From an uncultured Phycisphaerales bacterium (lineage in GTDB: Bacteria; Planctomycetota; B15-G4; CAYZWU01): a stretch of DNA of 39,017 nucleotides. The DNA is taken from assembly GCA_964482235.1 (NCBI GenBank), contig CAYZWU010000043.1:1-39017 (forward strand), in the 5' to 3' direction. The position numbers and the translations under genes are program-made. The notes under the pieces were generated by a model. That model was not told the origin of the DNA. It saw only the letters and a program-made list of their open reading frames with translations, and searched no databases. Every line of letters starts with the position of its first letter. Positions within the stretch are counted from its first letter, which is position 1. Of this stretch, positions 1 to 8,919 are shown piece by piece.

Positions 1-49
1 ATATTTAGAAAGTCCTCGAAGAGTAATTAATAACCACACTCCTTCTGAT

Positions 50-87
50 TTGTCGATTCGGAAATTAACCGGAGTGGAAAATATAAT
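50..87 (+). promoter_or_regulatory. Candidate sigma70-like promoter for the caspase-like gene
   Basis: Perfect TATAAT hexamer at 82..87 in an AT-rich leader. The -35 is weak (TTCGGA at 58..63, 18-nt spacer). An AGGAGGA SD follows at 138..144 ahead of the ATG at 151. Confidence 0.25.
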
Positions 88-150
88 ACCAGCAGAGATG
101 TATTATGTCGCCACTGATAGTAACCAGATGATGAAAAGAGGAGGATGCTC

Positions 151-2265
151 ATGAACTACTGGCTCTATGTGGGTATCGATAATTACATCGAAAATGACAT
201 TCCCAACCTTAGCTTCGCAACAAGCGACGCAGAAGCACTCTTCAACGAAATCAGCCGCTACAATATTCCCTCGGACAGCCACATGCTGACCTCGGTTACT
301 GACGATCAACCTTCTCGCAATCGCATTCTAAAATCTTTGAAGACTCTAGGGAACAAAGCTAAAGATGAGGACAACATCCTATTTTATTTTGCCGGTCATG
401 GATTTGAGGTTGATGACAAGAGTTATCTGATGCCTTGTGACGGCGACTTGACACTGCCTAAACAAACGGCAATTGAAGTCGACGCAGTTCTCGAAATAAT
501 GAAATCATCCAGAGCATCGCACAAGATCCTGATCCTCGATGCCTGTCGCAATGAAGTGGATGATCGGGCTCTTGCGAGCTTCGACACGCTGAAATTTCCT
601 GATGCTTTCGTTCGATCTCTCGATACGAGAGGAAAGCTGGTTGGTTGGGAGATACTGTTTTCATGCGGTCCGGGACAGCGATCCGTTGAGTGCAATGATC
701 TCAAAGCCGGTCTTTGGACTTCCAGCATTTGTAGTGCGGTAGGTACGTTGCTGGATGAAGAGAAGTACTTGACAGTACGTGATGTCTTCGAGCGTGCTCA
801 TGGAATTGCACTGGACCATGCAAAAACGCGCGGTCTTTCGATCAATCCCTGGTACAGATGCGACACCTCCAAATCAGCGATCCTCTTGTTGCCTCCCGAT
901 ATTTCGGCGTCGGGAAAAACGGGCAAGATCGTGCTGTCAAGATCATCTCAACTTTTTAAAGATATGGCTGCAATGGGTGTCCGCGTTTTAGTGCGGGATA
1001 GGGAGAAAAAAAGACAAATCGCATTTCGAGGAAAGGAAACCACCGAGGAGTTTCTGAACGAACCACATATTCATCTTGTTCCTTTCGTGTCGCAATTTGA
1101 ACGGCTGGATTTTTCTGGTTGGAAAGGTCTTAAAAAAAATAACCATTCGTTCGATCTACGCTTATACTTGCCAAGTATAGAGAACAGTGCACCGCCGTAC
1201 TCGAGATTGTACATTTTTTTAAACGGTCTTGCCGAATCGGATCCTGCCACGTATGACGGACTCGGCTACCACTTGGCGAATCGCAAAGGGATCCCTTCCG
1301 TCATGATCCCATTACCGGGTCATTTCAGCCGCCACTACCCCGCCCAGAACCATCACGATCCTTTCAAGGCTCGCGAAGATGAGAGGTTGATTACTCAACG
1401 GATTCTCCAGAGAATACACCGGACACCGCTGAGGATTCTATTGGGCTTGAAGCAGATCATCGATGACGTACGACATCTGTTGAAGGAAATCCGCTCGGGT
1501 GATCGATCCTATTGGTCTCAAATTGTAGAACCGGATTGTGATATCTGTTTGTTGGGATACAGTATAGGCGGATTTGCTGCCACTTCGTTGCTACGTCTTG
1601 ATGAGAAGGAATTCAAGTCAGTCTTTCTGCTCGAGTCAGGATTGTTTCTTGACCGAATCGACGCCGCACCAATGTTCATGCGGGACGAAAGAGTGGCCAG
1701 AGTTCTTTGGAAACATTACGAGAAGGGTGGCGACCCACTGGATTTTGATGAAGAAGTCGTACGGAAATTCTCAGAGAGGGAGTCAAAAAATGAAAAACAT
1801 TTTGATTCCATACTTACAAAAGTTCGCCAAAACGAGCCTTACGGTGATGAGGAATGGTGGCAAAGGGAGCCTTGGAAAATACTGCTACGGAGCAAAATAG
1901 AGAGTCGGAGGATCTGGCGGGATATAGTACGAGGTCTCTATGACATTTCGCGTTTTGAGAAACAAGCAGATCGCTTGACCTCAGAGGAAATGAATGTCTT
2001 CAACCAGATATTCCTCGGTTTCAGAAGACTCGATTACAAGGAGGCTCTGGAGAACCTGAAGGATAAGATCCTGATAATCACTGGTGGAGCGGACGATATC
2101 TTTCCAACTCGGGAAATATTGAATGTGGGACCAGACACCGGTTTGACACTTGTTCAGATTCCGGATATCACGCATTGGATCAAGCACTCGTCGAGAAAGG
2201 ACTGGGAGAAATGGCTTATCATGTTGATCGATTTCATGGAAGCGTTCAACAAGGAGCGGCGGTGA
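151..2265 (+). CDS. Fusion protein: N-terminal caspase-like peptidase C14 domain plus C-terminal alpha/beta-hydrolase (serine hydrolase) domain
   Basis: ORF 145..2265; ATG at 151 is preferred because AGGAGGA sits 6 nt upstream. The N-terminus has caspase HCD hallmarks: YVGIDNY, then FYFAGHG (catalytic His), then ILILDACR (catalytic Cys). The C-terminus has a GYSIGG nucleophile elbow plus later ITGGADDIFP (Asp) and ITHWIKH (His), consistent with a Ser-Asp-His triad. Both the gene and its codon third positions are AT-rich, unlike the rest of the window. Confidence 0.75.
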   Translation: MNYWLYVGIDNYIENDIPNLSFATSDAEALFNEISRYNIPSDSHMLTSVTDDQPSRNRILKSLKTLGNKAKDEDNILFYFAGHGFEVDDKSYLMPCDGDLTLPKQTAIEVDAVLEIMKSSRASHKILILDACRNEVDDRALASFDTLKFPDAFVRSLDTRGKLVGWEILFSCGPGQRSVECNDLKAGLWTSSICSAVGTLLDEEKYLTVRDVFERAHGIALDHAKTRGLSINPWYRCDTSKSAILLLPPDISASGKTGKIVLSRSSQLFKDMAAMGVRVLVRDREKKRQIAFRGKETTEEFLNEPHIHLVPFVSQFERLDFSGWKGLKKNNHSFDLRLYLPSIENSAPPYSRLYIFLNGLAESDPATYDGLGYHLANRKGIPSVMIPLPGHFSRHYPAQNHHDPFKAREDERLITQRILQRIHRTPLRILLGLKQIIDDVRHLLKEIRSGDRSYWSQIVEPDCDICLLGYSIGGFAATSLLRLDEKEFKSVFLLESGLFLDRIDAAPMFMRDERVARVLWKHYEKGGDPLDFDEEVVRKFSERESKNEKHFDSILTKVRQNEPYGDEEWWQREPWKILLRSKIESRRIWRDIVRGLYDISRFEKQADRLTSEEMNVFNQIFLGFRRLDYKEALENLKDKILIITGGADDIFPTREILNVGPDTGLTLVQIPDITHWIKHSSRKDWEKWLIMLIDFMEAFNKERR

Positions 2266-2403
2266 TATCGCTGTGCAAAGCTGTTTCAGTGACGGAATCT
2301 CAGTTTGGCAGAAACGAAGAATCCAAGTGTTAGATAGATTTTTCTGAATGTAAGTGCATTTAACAGAGAGAACATTTCAATTGACGTATTCTGATCGCCC
2401 TCC

Positions 2404-3630
2404 TCACCTGCAATCGAAGCCGGGGATTTTCATCTGCTCTCCGCCGCGGAGCGCCGACCGGTGCGCCACGATCCCGGGAACGCAGAAGGCCAGCGCCTCG
2501 TAGAGGTCGATCTCCGGCTCCCTTTCCTCAATCAGAGCCGTGACGAACTCGTTGGTGAGGAAGGGATGCGACCTGCCGTGCCCCGTATCGCGCCGCATCT
2601 TCGGGGGAACCATCGGCCAGTAGTCCGGCTCCCCCTCGGCCGTCTTGCCGTCGATCCGGAGGCAATACGGCTGCCCTCCCGAACCGGGCATGTAGAGCGC
2701 GCCCCTCGTGCCGAGCCACTGCGCGCGCTCGCCGTGGGCGGCGATGTCCCAGGCCACGTTGCAGCGGAAGGGGTGCCCCGTGTCGGTGAGGAAGAGGGCC
2801 ATCCCGTTGAGGAAGGGATTTGTGTAGTCGTTGTCCTTCAGGGCCGGCTCGCCGGGATCGCCCGTTCCGATGCACGAGACCTTCTCGAGACGGCCGCGCG
2901 TCGCGCCGACCCAGAATGCGGTGGAGTGGGTCGGGTAGAGCATGGGCGGATAGCCGTAGCGCCACGTCCGCTTGCCGTCCCGCCACGAGAGGCCGTGGGT
3001 CGTCCGGGCGATCTGCGGGTGGTAATACTCGGCCTCGGTGTAGACGAGCTCGCCGAGCTTGCCGTCCTTCATCAGGCGCCGCATCGTGATGGTGGGCCAC
3101 CTGAAGTAGGTCGTCTCGGCGCTCATGTAGAAGAGGCCGCTCCGCTCCTTGGCTTCCTTCAGCCGTGCCGCCTCCTCCAGGGTGAGGCAGGCCGGGCAGG
3201 CGCAGATCACGTGCTTGCCCTTCTCGAAGCAGAGGAGCGTGTGGCGCGTGTGGTCCGGCGCGCCGGTGAAGAGGGCCACCGCGTCGATCTTCGGATCGAG
3301 AACGAGCTTCTCCAGCGATTCGTGCGATCTCTCGCACCGGTAGGTCTTCATCAGGGCGTCGCGCCGTCCGGGGATCAGGTCGCTCACCGCCTCGACGATG
3401 CAGTTCGGATGCTCGTGCCAGTGGAACGACCTGCCGAAGCCGCCGCCCACCACTCCGATGCGGACCTTCCTGTCCGAGACAAGCTTCCACCCCTCGGCTG
3501 CGGGAAGAATGCCGGCGAATCCATGGGCCGCCGCGACGGCCGCGGCGCCTCGCACGATGAACTTCCGCCGGGATAGGGTTTCTCCCCCGGAACGAACGAT
3601 TTCCTTGCTGCCTTCTGCTCTGCTCTTCAT
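2404..3630 (-). CDS. Gfo/Idh/MocA-family NAD(P)-dependent oxidoreductase, TAT-exported
   Basis: Twin-arginine motif SRRKFIVRGAAAVAAA at the N-terminus. Rossmann motif RIGVVGGGFG follows. The length (408 aa) and overall pattern match periplasmic Gfo/Idh/MocA dehydrogenases. An AGGAGGGAAG SD lies upstream on the minus strand. Confidence 0.85.
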   Translation of the reverse strand: MKSRAEGSKEIVRSGGETLSRRKFIVRGAAAVAAAHGFAGILPAAEGWKLVSDRKVRIGVVGGGFGRSFHWHEHPNCIVEAVSDLIPGRRDALMKTYRCERSHESLEKLVLDPKIDAVALFTGAPDHTRHTLLCFEKGKHVICACPACLTLEEAARLKEAKERSGLFYMSAETTYFRWPTITMRRLMKDGKLGELVYTEAEYYHPQIARTTHGLSWRDGKRTWRYGYPPMLYPTHSTAFWVGATRGRLEKVSCIGTGDPGEPALKDNDYTNPFLNGMALFLTDTGHPFRCNVAWDIAAHGERAQWLGTRGALYMPGSGGQPYCLRIDGKTAEGEPDYWPMVPPKMRRDTGHGRSHPFLTNEFVTALIEEREPEIDLYEALAFCVPGIVAHRSALRGGEQMKIPGFDCR

Positions 3631-3651
3631 CCTTCTTCCCTCCTGCTCGCG

Positions 3652-4611
3652 TTACGAGGCCAGCGGCATTGCCCGTGCCTTCAAGATCGAGTCGACGGCG
3701 TTCATCGTGTCGTCTATCTGCTCCGGCGCGGTGAAGCCGATCGTCATGGCATCGACGAGGTTGTTGTCGAGAACGTATTTCAGCGAGGCGAGCCTTCGTT
3801 CCGGAGTGGCCAGGTCGCCGCAGCCGTAGATCTTCATGCCGATCACGCCCTTGCCGTCCAGGCGGGCCTGCTTCAGCACGGCGGCCACCTCATCGGTGGT
3901 CGCCTTGGGATCCATCCGCCTGTGCTCGGGGTTGATCCGGGCGAGGATCACGTCGATCCAGGGATGGGCCGCCGCCGTCTTCATGGCGGCCAGGGTGTGG
4001 CACGAGCAGCCCACGGCGCGGACCATGCCCTTCTGCTTCAGCTCGGAGAGGTCGTCGCGAATCCGCTTCAGGCTGTCGGTCCAGTCCGGCGCCTGCACGC
4101 AGTGGATGAGGCAGATGTCGATCGACTCCACGCCCATCTCGCGCAGGAACCGCTCCACCTCCGGGCGCGCCGTGGTGGTGGGCGTCATCTCAGGCGCTTC
4201 GGCGAACCAGACTTTGCTCAGGATCGTGACCTGGTCGCGGCGGACCGACGTGTTCTTCAGCGTGTGCTTCACGAACTCGTGCGAACCGTACAGGTCGGCC
4301 GCATCGATGAACGCCGAGCCCCTGGCCACGCCGTGCGCCATCAGGCCGGCGAAGCCTTCCTTGCCGAGACGGGTCTGGTCGGAAGCCTTCTTCCAGCCAT
4401 GCGTTCCCGTGCCCATGGCAACGCGGGGAACGGTAATCCCGCATCGGCCGAGGGCGACGAGGTCCGACGCCCTGGGCATGGGCGGCGGGGTTGTGGCGCA
4501 CCCGGTCAGGAGTGCCGACGTACCTGCCAGGAGCGCCGACGTTCCAGCGATGAGCGCCGGCGGGCCGGCAAGGGTCTGCTTGAGAAACATCCTTCTGGAG
4601 ATGTGCGTCAT
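3652..4611 (-). CDS. Aldo/keto reductase family oxidoreductase, TAT-exported
   Basis: The N-terminal SRRMFLK is a consensus TAT motif. AKR-like blocks are present (GTGTHGW, IDAADLYG, ICLIHCVQAP). The gene sits 21 nt upstream of the Gfo/Idh/MocA gene on the same strand. Confidence 0.85.
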   Translation of the reverse strand: MTHISRRMFLKQTLAGPPALIAGTSALLAGTSALLTGCATTPPPMPRASDLVALGRCGITVPRVAMGTGTHGWKKASDQTRLGKEGFAGLMAHGVARGSAFIDAADLYGSHEFVKHTLKNTSVRRDQVTILSKVWFAEAPEMTPTTTARPEVERFLREMGVESIDICLIHCVQAPDWTDSLKRIRDDLSELKQKGMVRAVGCSCHTLAAMKTAAAHPWIDVILARINPEHRRMDPKATTDEVAAVLKQARLDGKGVIGMKIYGCGDLATPERRLASLKYVLDNNLVDAMTIGFTAPEQIDDTMNAVDSILKARAMPLAS

Positions 4612-4637
4612 TTTCCAGGCTCCAAATAGTTACCGGC

Positions 4638-7600
4638 TCATTTCCCGGCGATCCCGGACCAGACCACGACGGTTTGGTTCATCCGCGGGGCCGTGGGGGG
4701 GAAGACCAGGCTTTCTCCCTCGTCGCGGAGCGCCTCGATGTAATACTCGAGATCGCCTGCTGTGGCCTCGGGAGGTAGAACGGTCTCGTAGACGCCGCGC
4801 TTCACGTGATCGAGGGGAGTGCGAAAGAAGTTCCCCTCTCCCATGGGGCGCCAGTGGACGGACACCCGGGCGGGACGGAAACCCAGCACGATCGCCTTGA
4901 GCGCGAGCTCTTCTCCCGGAGCGGCGACGGTCCGCACGGTGGGGACGAAGAGGCGCGGTTCGCCGGCATACCGTGTCGAGGGTATCGCCTCCTCGGGAAG
5001 GGCGCATTCCAGGATCTCGGCCAGCTGCTCTCCCGGCTTCTCGAGCAGCCCGGGCAGGAGGTGCTGCTGCCAGTTGGCCACGTTTCCCATGGCGCCCGTC
5101 GTGGTGACAATGGCGAGCAGGAACCTGTGCACCTCGGCCGCGCAGGAGACCAGCTCCTTGCGGAGAGGCAGGGCCAGCTCCCGGGCCAGCTCCCGCCTTG
5201 CCCCGGAATCCTCCTCCGCCAGGACCTGCTTCATCGCCTCGTTGAATCGGGCCCAGACGCAGTTGGTCCGGCCCAGGGCGCGCAGGTAGCGGAAGCTGTC
5301 CAGCCAGTAGTCGAACCTCTCGATGTTGCCGGCACCCCGGATGAGCGGCCGGAGGGCCGCCATCTCGTCCACGAAGGCGTAGTCGCGGCTCACCGTCTTC
5401 CAGGGCCGGCCGTCTGGAGTGATGCCGCCCGGGCCGTGAACCCAGGTGGCGGGCCGCGGCAGATTCGACTCCTTGCTGCCCGGGCTCGCTCCGGGCGGGC
5501 TTCCGTCGAGGCGGGTGAAGAGCGAGGCCAGCTCGCCGGCAGCCTCGGGTCCGAAATGCGCGAGCGCCCAGTCCTCGTAGAAGTCTCTGGAAGGCAGATC
5601 GCGAGGCCGCTTCCCGGGCCAGGGGCTCAGGCTCGAGGCGGGAAGATCGGCCTCGAAACCGCTCCACGCCGGACCGGCGCAGTTGATCATTCGTTCGAAG
5701 GTCAAGCCGCTGGATCGCCGCGAGCTCCGCACCGCGATGGCGGCGATGGAGGGGAACTCGACCTCCCGCACGAACTCGACGAGAAGGTGTCCGTCCGTCA
5801 CCTCCACCTCGTTGAAGGTGAAATCGAGCGCCCTGTCCTTCCCGGCCGCGGCAAAGATGTCGAGGTGTTCGATCACCGTCCTGCCCTGGATCCTGGCGCC
5901 GAAGACGCGTTTTCCCGCCGCATCGTAGTGGGGCTCGCAGAACTTCAAGGTCACCCGGTAGAAGCCGTCGGGAACGTCGAGCCGATAGCCGTCGAGATCG
6001 TACCGGACCGTCTTGTAGACCGTCTCCTCCTCCGTGCCGGCGATCCTGTTATCCGGAAACGCTGCAGGCTTTCCGCCCATCGGTCCCTCGGTCCGCTTCA
6101 GGTCGGAAGGCGAGAACCTCTTCCCCCGATCGCGGTTCCAGCCCTCCTGATTCCAGGCCGCAGCAGCCAGGGCGGCGACATTCGGTCCCACGGCGCGCGT
6201 TCGCCAGTGAATGCCCATCAGGCCGGTGCAGCCGTAGGCCAGCGAGTCGGCCGCGTCGCGCCGCATCCGGCCGACCCAGAGCTGCGGGATGATCATGGCC
6301 GGATCGTCCTCCAGCCACGGGATCGCCCACTTGGGGCGGTCCGCCACCTTGATGAAGCCCTGTTCCACGGGCTCGAAACCGACGTTCCTGTTGATGCAGC
6401 TCAGCGGCATCTCGCGAGGCAGCACGTCGTGGAAGAGCGAGCGGTCGCCGGGCGGGCCGAGAACCCAACCGCATGTGGCCAGGGTGAAGGGGGCTCCCAC
6501 GTCGGAAGCCGCCTTGACGGCGCTCAGGAGGTCGTCGAGCGTGGCTTTCACCTGCGCTTCGCTGGCGCCGGACCAGGTCCAGCCTTCGGGCGTCCAGAAC
6601 CAGTAGTAGTCAAGAGGATGGGCCGCCATGATCCTCTCGAAGATCCCCTTGTAGAGCTCGTGGATCACCGCGGGATCGGCCGGGTCCTTGCCGGCAGCTG
6701 CGAGCCTCTCGCGCAGCGCCGCCGGTACGGTCAGCGGAGTCTCCGTGCCGAGGCAGGTCGCGATGTCCAGCTTCCCGGCAAAGGTGAAGACGTCGTCCAC
6801 GAGCTTTCCGAAATCGTTGAAGAGCTTGTTGCTCTCCTCGGGACCTGGAGGAAGCGGCGTTCTTCCCAGCATGTAGTCGGCGCCGTAGTCGTCCCGCTCG
6901 AAGATGTCGGCTGCCCCGAAGAGGTAGTCGCCCGTGTTGCGGGGCAAGTAGCCCCAGCCGCCCGTCCGCGTGGTGAAGTGGCGCGAGGGATAGCTGGAAT
7001 CCACCTCTCCGTCGAGACCGATCTCGTCGCGAGGTCCGATCCAGACCGCGGGCTCCGGACCGACGGGGCCTTCCGGGTAGGTGTGCAGGCCGAAGAAATT
7101 CATCCCCATCTTCGGCAGCTGGGCGAGCACGGCCTTGTAGTCGTCGGCGTTCCACCAGTCCGGCCCCTCGGGAAAGTCGTGGAACGGCTGGATGCCGCGC
7201 CGCTCGAAGAGAGGCCGCCCGCGGCAGTCGAGGTCCGGCAGGTCAAGAGGAACGGCCGCGTCAGGCACCACGTCGCCGTGCAGGGCGAACCGCACGCCGA
7301 GCCGCTCGGCAAACCTGTAGGCGCCGTAGAGGGTGCCGCGGCCGCTGCCGCCGGTGATCACCACAACACGGCGGTCCTCCGTCTGCACCGTCTTCAGGAT
7401 GTACTCTTCCCGAGGCACTCTTTCTTCCGGCAGGGGGAACAGGGGGGCGCCGTTCTCCCCGTCGGGGATGCGGCCGAGGCAGCAGACCAGGATGGCGTCT
7501 CCCTTCTCGGGCAGCTTCTTCACCATTGGCAGAAGCCGGCCCGTTCGCAGGTAGACGTAACGGCGGACCTCGCTGGCGCCGAGAATCTCGATTTCGGAGA

Positions 7601-7727
7601 CGTCGCTCGGAGATACGATCACGCAACCGGAAGAAGCCGGCGAATCACCCAGGATCTGGCATCCGGGCATGGCAGGGAGCAAGGTCGCGATGATCCAGAG
7701 AAGAACGACGAAGCGGAACTCGGTCAT
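4638..7727 (-). CDS. Large secreted multidomain glycoside hydrolase-like protein with a malectin-like carbohydrate-binding domain
   Basis: ORF 4638..7754; the internal ATG at 7727 gives the Sec signal MTEFRFVVLLWIIATLLPAMPGC. The N-terminal region resembles the GH20-domain-2 / GH115-like fold (GTLYGAYRFAERLGVRFALHGD). The central region is malectin-like (DGYRLDVPDGFYRVTLKFCEPHYDAAGKRVFGARIQG). The exact CAZy family is not resolvable by eye. Confidence 0.7.
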   Translation of the reverse strand: MTEFRFVVLLWIIATLLPAMPGCQILGDSPASSGCVIVSPSDVSEIEILGASEVRRYVYLRTGRLLPMVKKLPEKGDAILVCCLGRIPDGENGAPLFPLPEERVPREEYILKTVQTEDRRVVVITGGSGRGTLYGAYRFAERLGVRFALHGDVVPDAAVPLDLPDLDCRGRPLFERRGIQPFHDFPEGPDWWNADDYKAVLAQLPKMGMNFFGLHTYPEGPVGPEPAVWIGPRDEIGLDGEVDSSYPSRHFTTRTGGWGYLPRNTGDYLFGAADIFERDDYGADYMLGRTPLPPGPEESNKLFNDFGKLVDDVFTFAGKLDIATCLGTETPLTVPAALRERLAAAGKDPADPAVIHELYKGIFERIMAAHPLDYYWFWTPEGWTWSGASEAQVKATLDDLLSAVKAASDVGAPFTLATCGWVLGPPGDRSLFHDVLPREMPLSCINRNVGFEPVEQGFIKVADRPKWAIPWLEDDPAMIIPQLWVGRMRRDAADSLAYGCTGLMGIHWRTRAVGPNVAALAAAAWNQEGWNRDRGKRFSPSDLKRTEGPMGGKPAAFPDNRIAGTEEETVYKTVRYDLDGYRLDVPDGFYRVTLKFCEPHYDAAGKRVFGARIQGRTVIEHLDIFAAAGKDRALDFTFNEVEVTDGHLLVEFVREVEFPSIAAIAVRSSRRSSGLTFERMINCAGPAWSGFEADLPASSLSPWPGKRPRDLPSRDFYEDWALAHFGPEAAGELASLFTRLDGSPPGASPGSKESNLPRPATWVHGPGGITPDGRPWKTVSRDYAFVDEMAALRPLIRGAGNIERFDYWLDSFRYLRALGRTNCVWARFNEAMKQVLAEEDSGARRELARELALPLRKELVSCAAEVHRFLLAIVTTTGAMGNVANWQQHLLPGLLEKPGEQLAEILECALPEEAIPSTRYAGEPRLFVPTVRTVAAPGEELALKAIVLGFRPARVSVHWRPMGEGNFFRTPLDHVKRGVYETVLPPEATAGDLEYYIEALRDEGESLVFPPTAPRMNQTVVVWSGIAGK

Positions 7728-7750
7728 GGTCTCTCTCCCTTGGTCGCTGA

Positions 7751-8716
7751 TCAATTCCCGGCGGCGGCAAAGTCGTCGAACCAGGCTTTCAGCTCGGCGA
7801 CCTCCCGGGCGCCCTCGTAGAAAACCACGCGAAAACGGAAGAGGGCCTTGTCACCTGGCGCAAGAACGAGGCGGAACGGCTTGGCCTCTTTGTTGCCGCG
7901 GCTTTTCTCGAAAACGGCCTGCCCGAGCGGGTTGGCGGCAAAGAGCCCGTAGTCGCGGGCGTGCCAGTAGGTGGGGTGGTTCACGCTTTCCGGATGGTCG
8001 CAGATCAGGATACCCACCCGGGTGCCGTCCTTCTCGCCCTCGAGACGAACCCAGGCGGCGCGCCGGCCCCACACGTTCTTGGCCTTCTTCCCGCCCGTGG
8101 AGCTCAGGTACTCGCCGTTTCCTCCCTTCTCCTTGAGCCAGTGGGCCACGCGGATGGCGAACATCCCCTCCTTGGTGTCGGCAAAAACGACCTCCCTTTC
8201 CGCGGCCTCGAGCTCGATCCGGAAGTCGATCGTCCGGACTCCTTCCGAAGCGCGGAAGATCATCTCCCTCTTCTCCTTCAGCAGGATCTCGTCGTCCTTG
8301 CCCGTCCAGTGCGACAGGGTCGCGAGGATCCCCTCGCCTGCTCCGCCCTTCGACTTCACGACCTTCAGGTGCCTGATCCTGGGCGGCGAGGTCGTGTTGT
8401 TCCAGAAGCCGGTCTCGTTGACCCGGTCGTAGGTGAAGAAGAGGCCGGCGTGATGGGGGTGATCCTTGCTCTCGCCGGGAACCTCGGCCAGGGGATGGCC
8501 GCGGTTGACCACGATTCCCGAGGCGGTGCAGAGCGGATAGAGGATCGGCTTCGTGACGGCGTCGCCAATCAGGTAGCTGGTGAACGGCCTGCCCGCAGCA
8601 ATCACATCGATCCTGTCGCCCTTCTCGATGAAGGCGATTTGCGGTCCGGTGCAGCATCCGGCCGGGCCGATCAGGAAGAGGACGACGAATCCGATCAGGC
8701 TGACTTCGATTTTCAT
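7751..8716 (-). CDS. PmoA-family / DUF6807-like exported protein (commonly paired with Gfo/Idh/MocA dehydrogenases)
   Basis: ORF 7751..8791; the internal ATG at 8716 gives signal peptide MKIEVSLIGFVVLFLIGPAGCC, with a GGAG SD upstream. Size is about 320 aa. Its genomic pairing with a Gfo/Idh/MocA oxidoreductase is typical of DUF6807. The family assignment rests on recalled family resemblance rather than on a strict motif. Confidence 0.6.
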   Translation of the reverse strand: MKIEVSLIGFVVLFLIGPAGCCTGPQIAFIEKGDRIDVIAAGRPFTSYLIGDAVTKPILYPLCTASGIVVNRGHPLAEVPGESKDHPHHAGLFFTYDRVNETGFWNNTTSPPRIRHLKVVKSKGGAGEGILATLSHWTGKDDEILLKEKREMIFRASEGVRTIDFRIELEAAEREVVFADTKEGMFAIRVAHWLKEKGGNGEYLSSTGGKKAKNVWGRRAAWVRLEGEKDGTRVGILICDHPESVNHPTYWHARDYGLFAANPLGQAVFEKSRGNKEAKPFRLVLAPGDKALFRFRVVFYEGAREVAELKAWFDDFAAAGN

Positions 8717-8919
8717 GCGGTTGTTCTCCTCGCCATGTTGACTGCTGTCGATAGATCTTCTCATAGAGCTTCTTTTTCCCTCACAATTCAAGCAAAGCCG
8801 GTATCCCTCTTCCCTAAAAAAGTTGAACGCTCCGGCCTCCGGCGATTTCGTCTTGCCTCCAGGCCCGGTATATCCGTTAATTCACCCTTTACCCCGCAAT
8901 TTCGAGGAGGAACCGGAGC

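Noticed and set aside
4806-7820. 1004-aa plus-strand ORF, plus other long antisense/alternate frames (2461..3576, 2528..3490, 9136..10629, 13388..14272, 14438..16213, 28892..30610, 30642..32513, 33707..35107, 34860..36017, 36749..37690, 38127..38879)
   Set aside because: Each overlaps a CDS with strong family-level evidence on the other strand or frame. The products are R/G/P/A-rich without motifs. This is an expected artefact of about 65% GC sequence.
7728-8791. N-terminal extensions of several ORFs (7754 for the glycoside hydrolase, 8791 for the PmoA-like gene, 30829 for the LamG gene, 30621 for the sulfatase, 34884 for the 608-aa protein, 28839 for the beta-helix protein, 145 for the caspase gene)
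   Set aside because: In each case an internal Met sits directly after a good Shine-Dalgarno sequence and begins a textbook signal peptide (or, for the caspase gene, the 145 ATG has zero SD spacing). The upstream extensions are charged or low-complexity and would bury the signal peptide.
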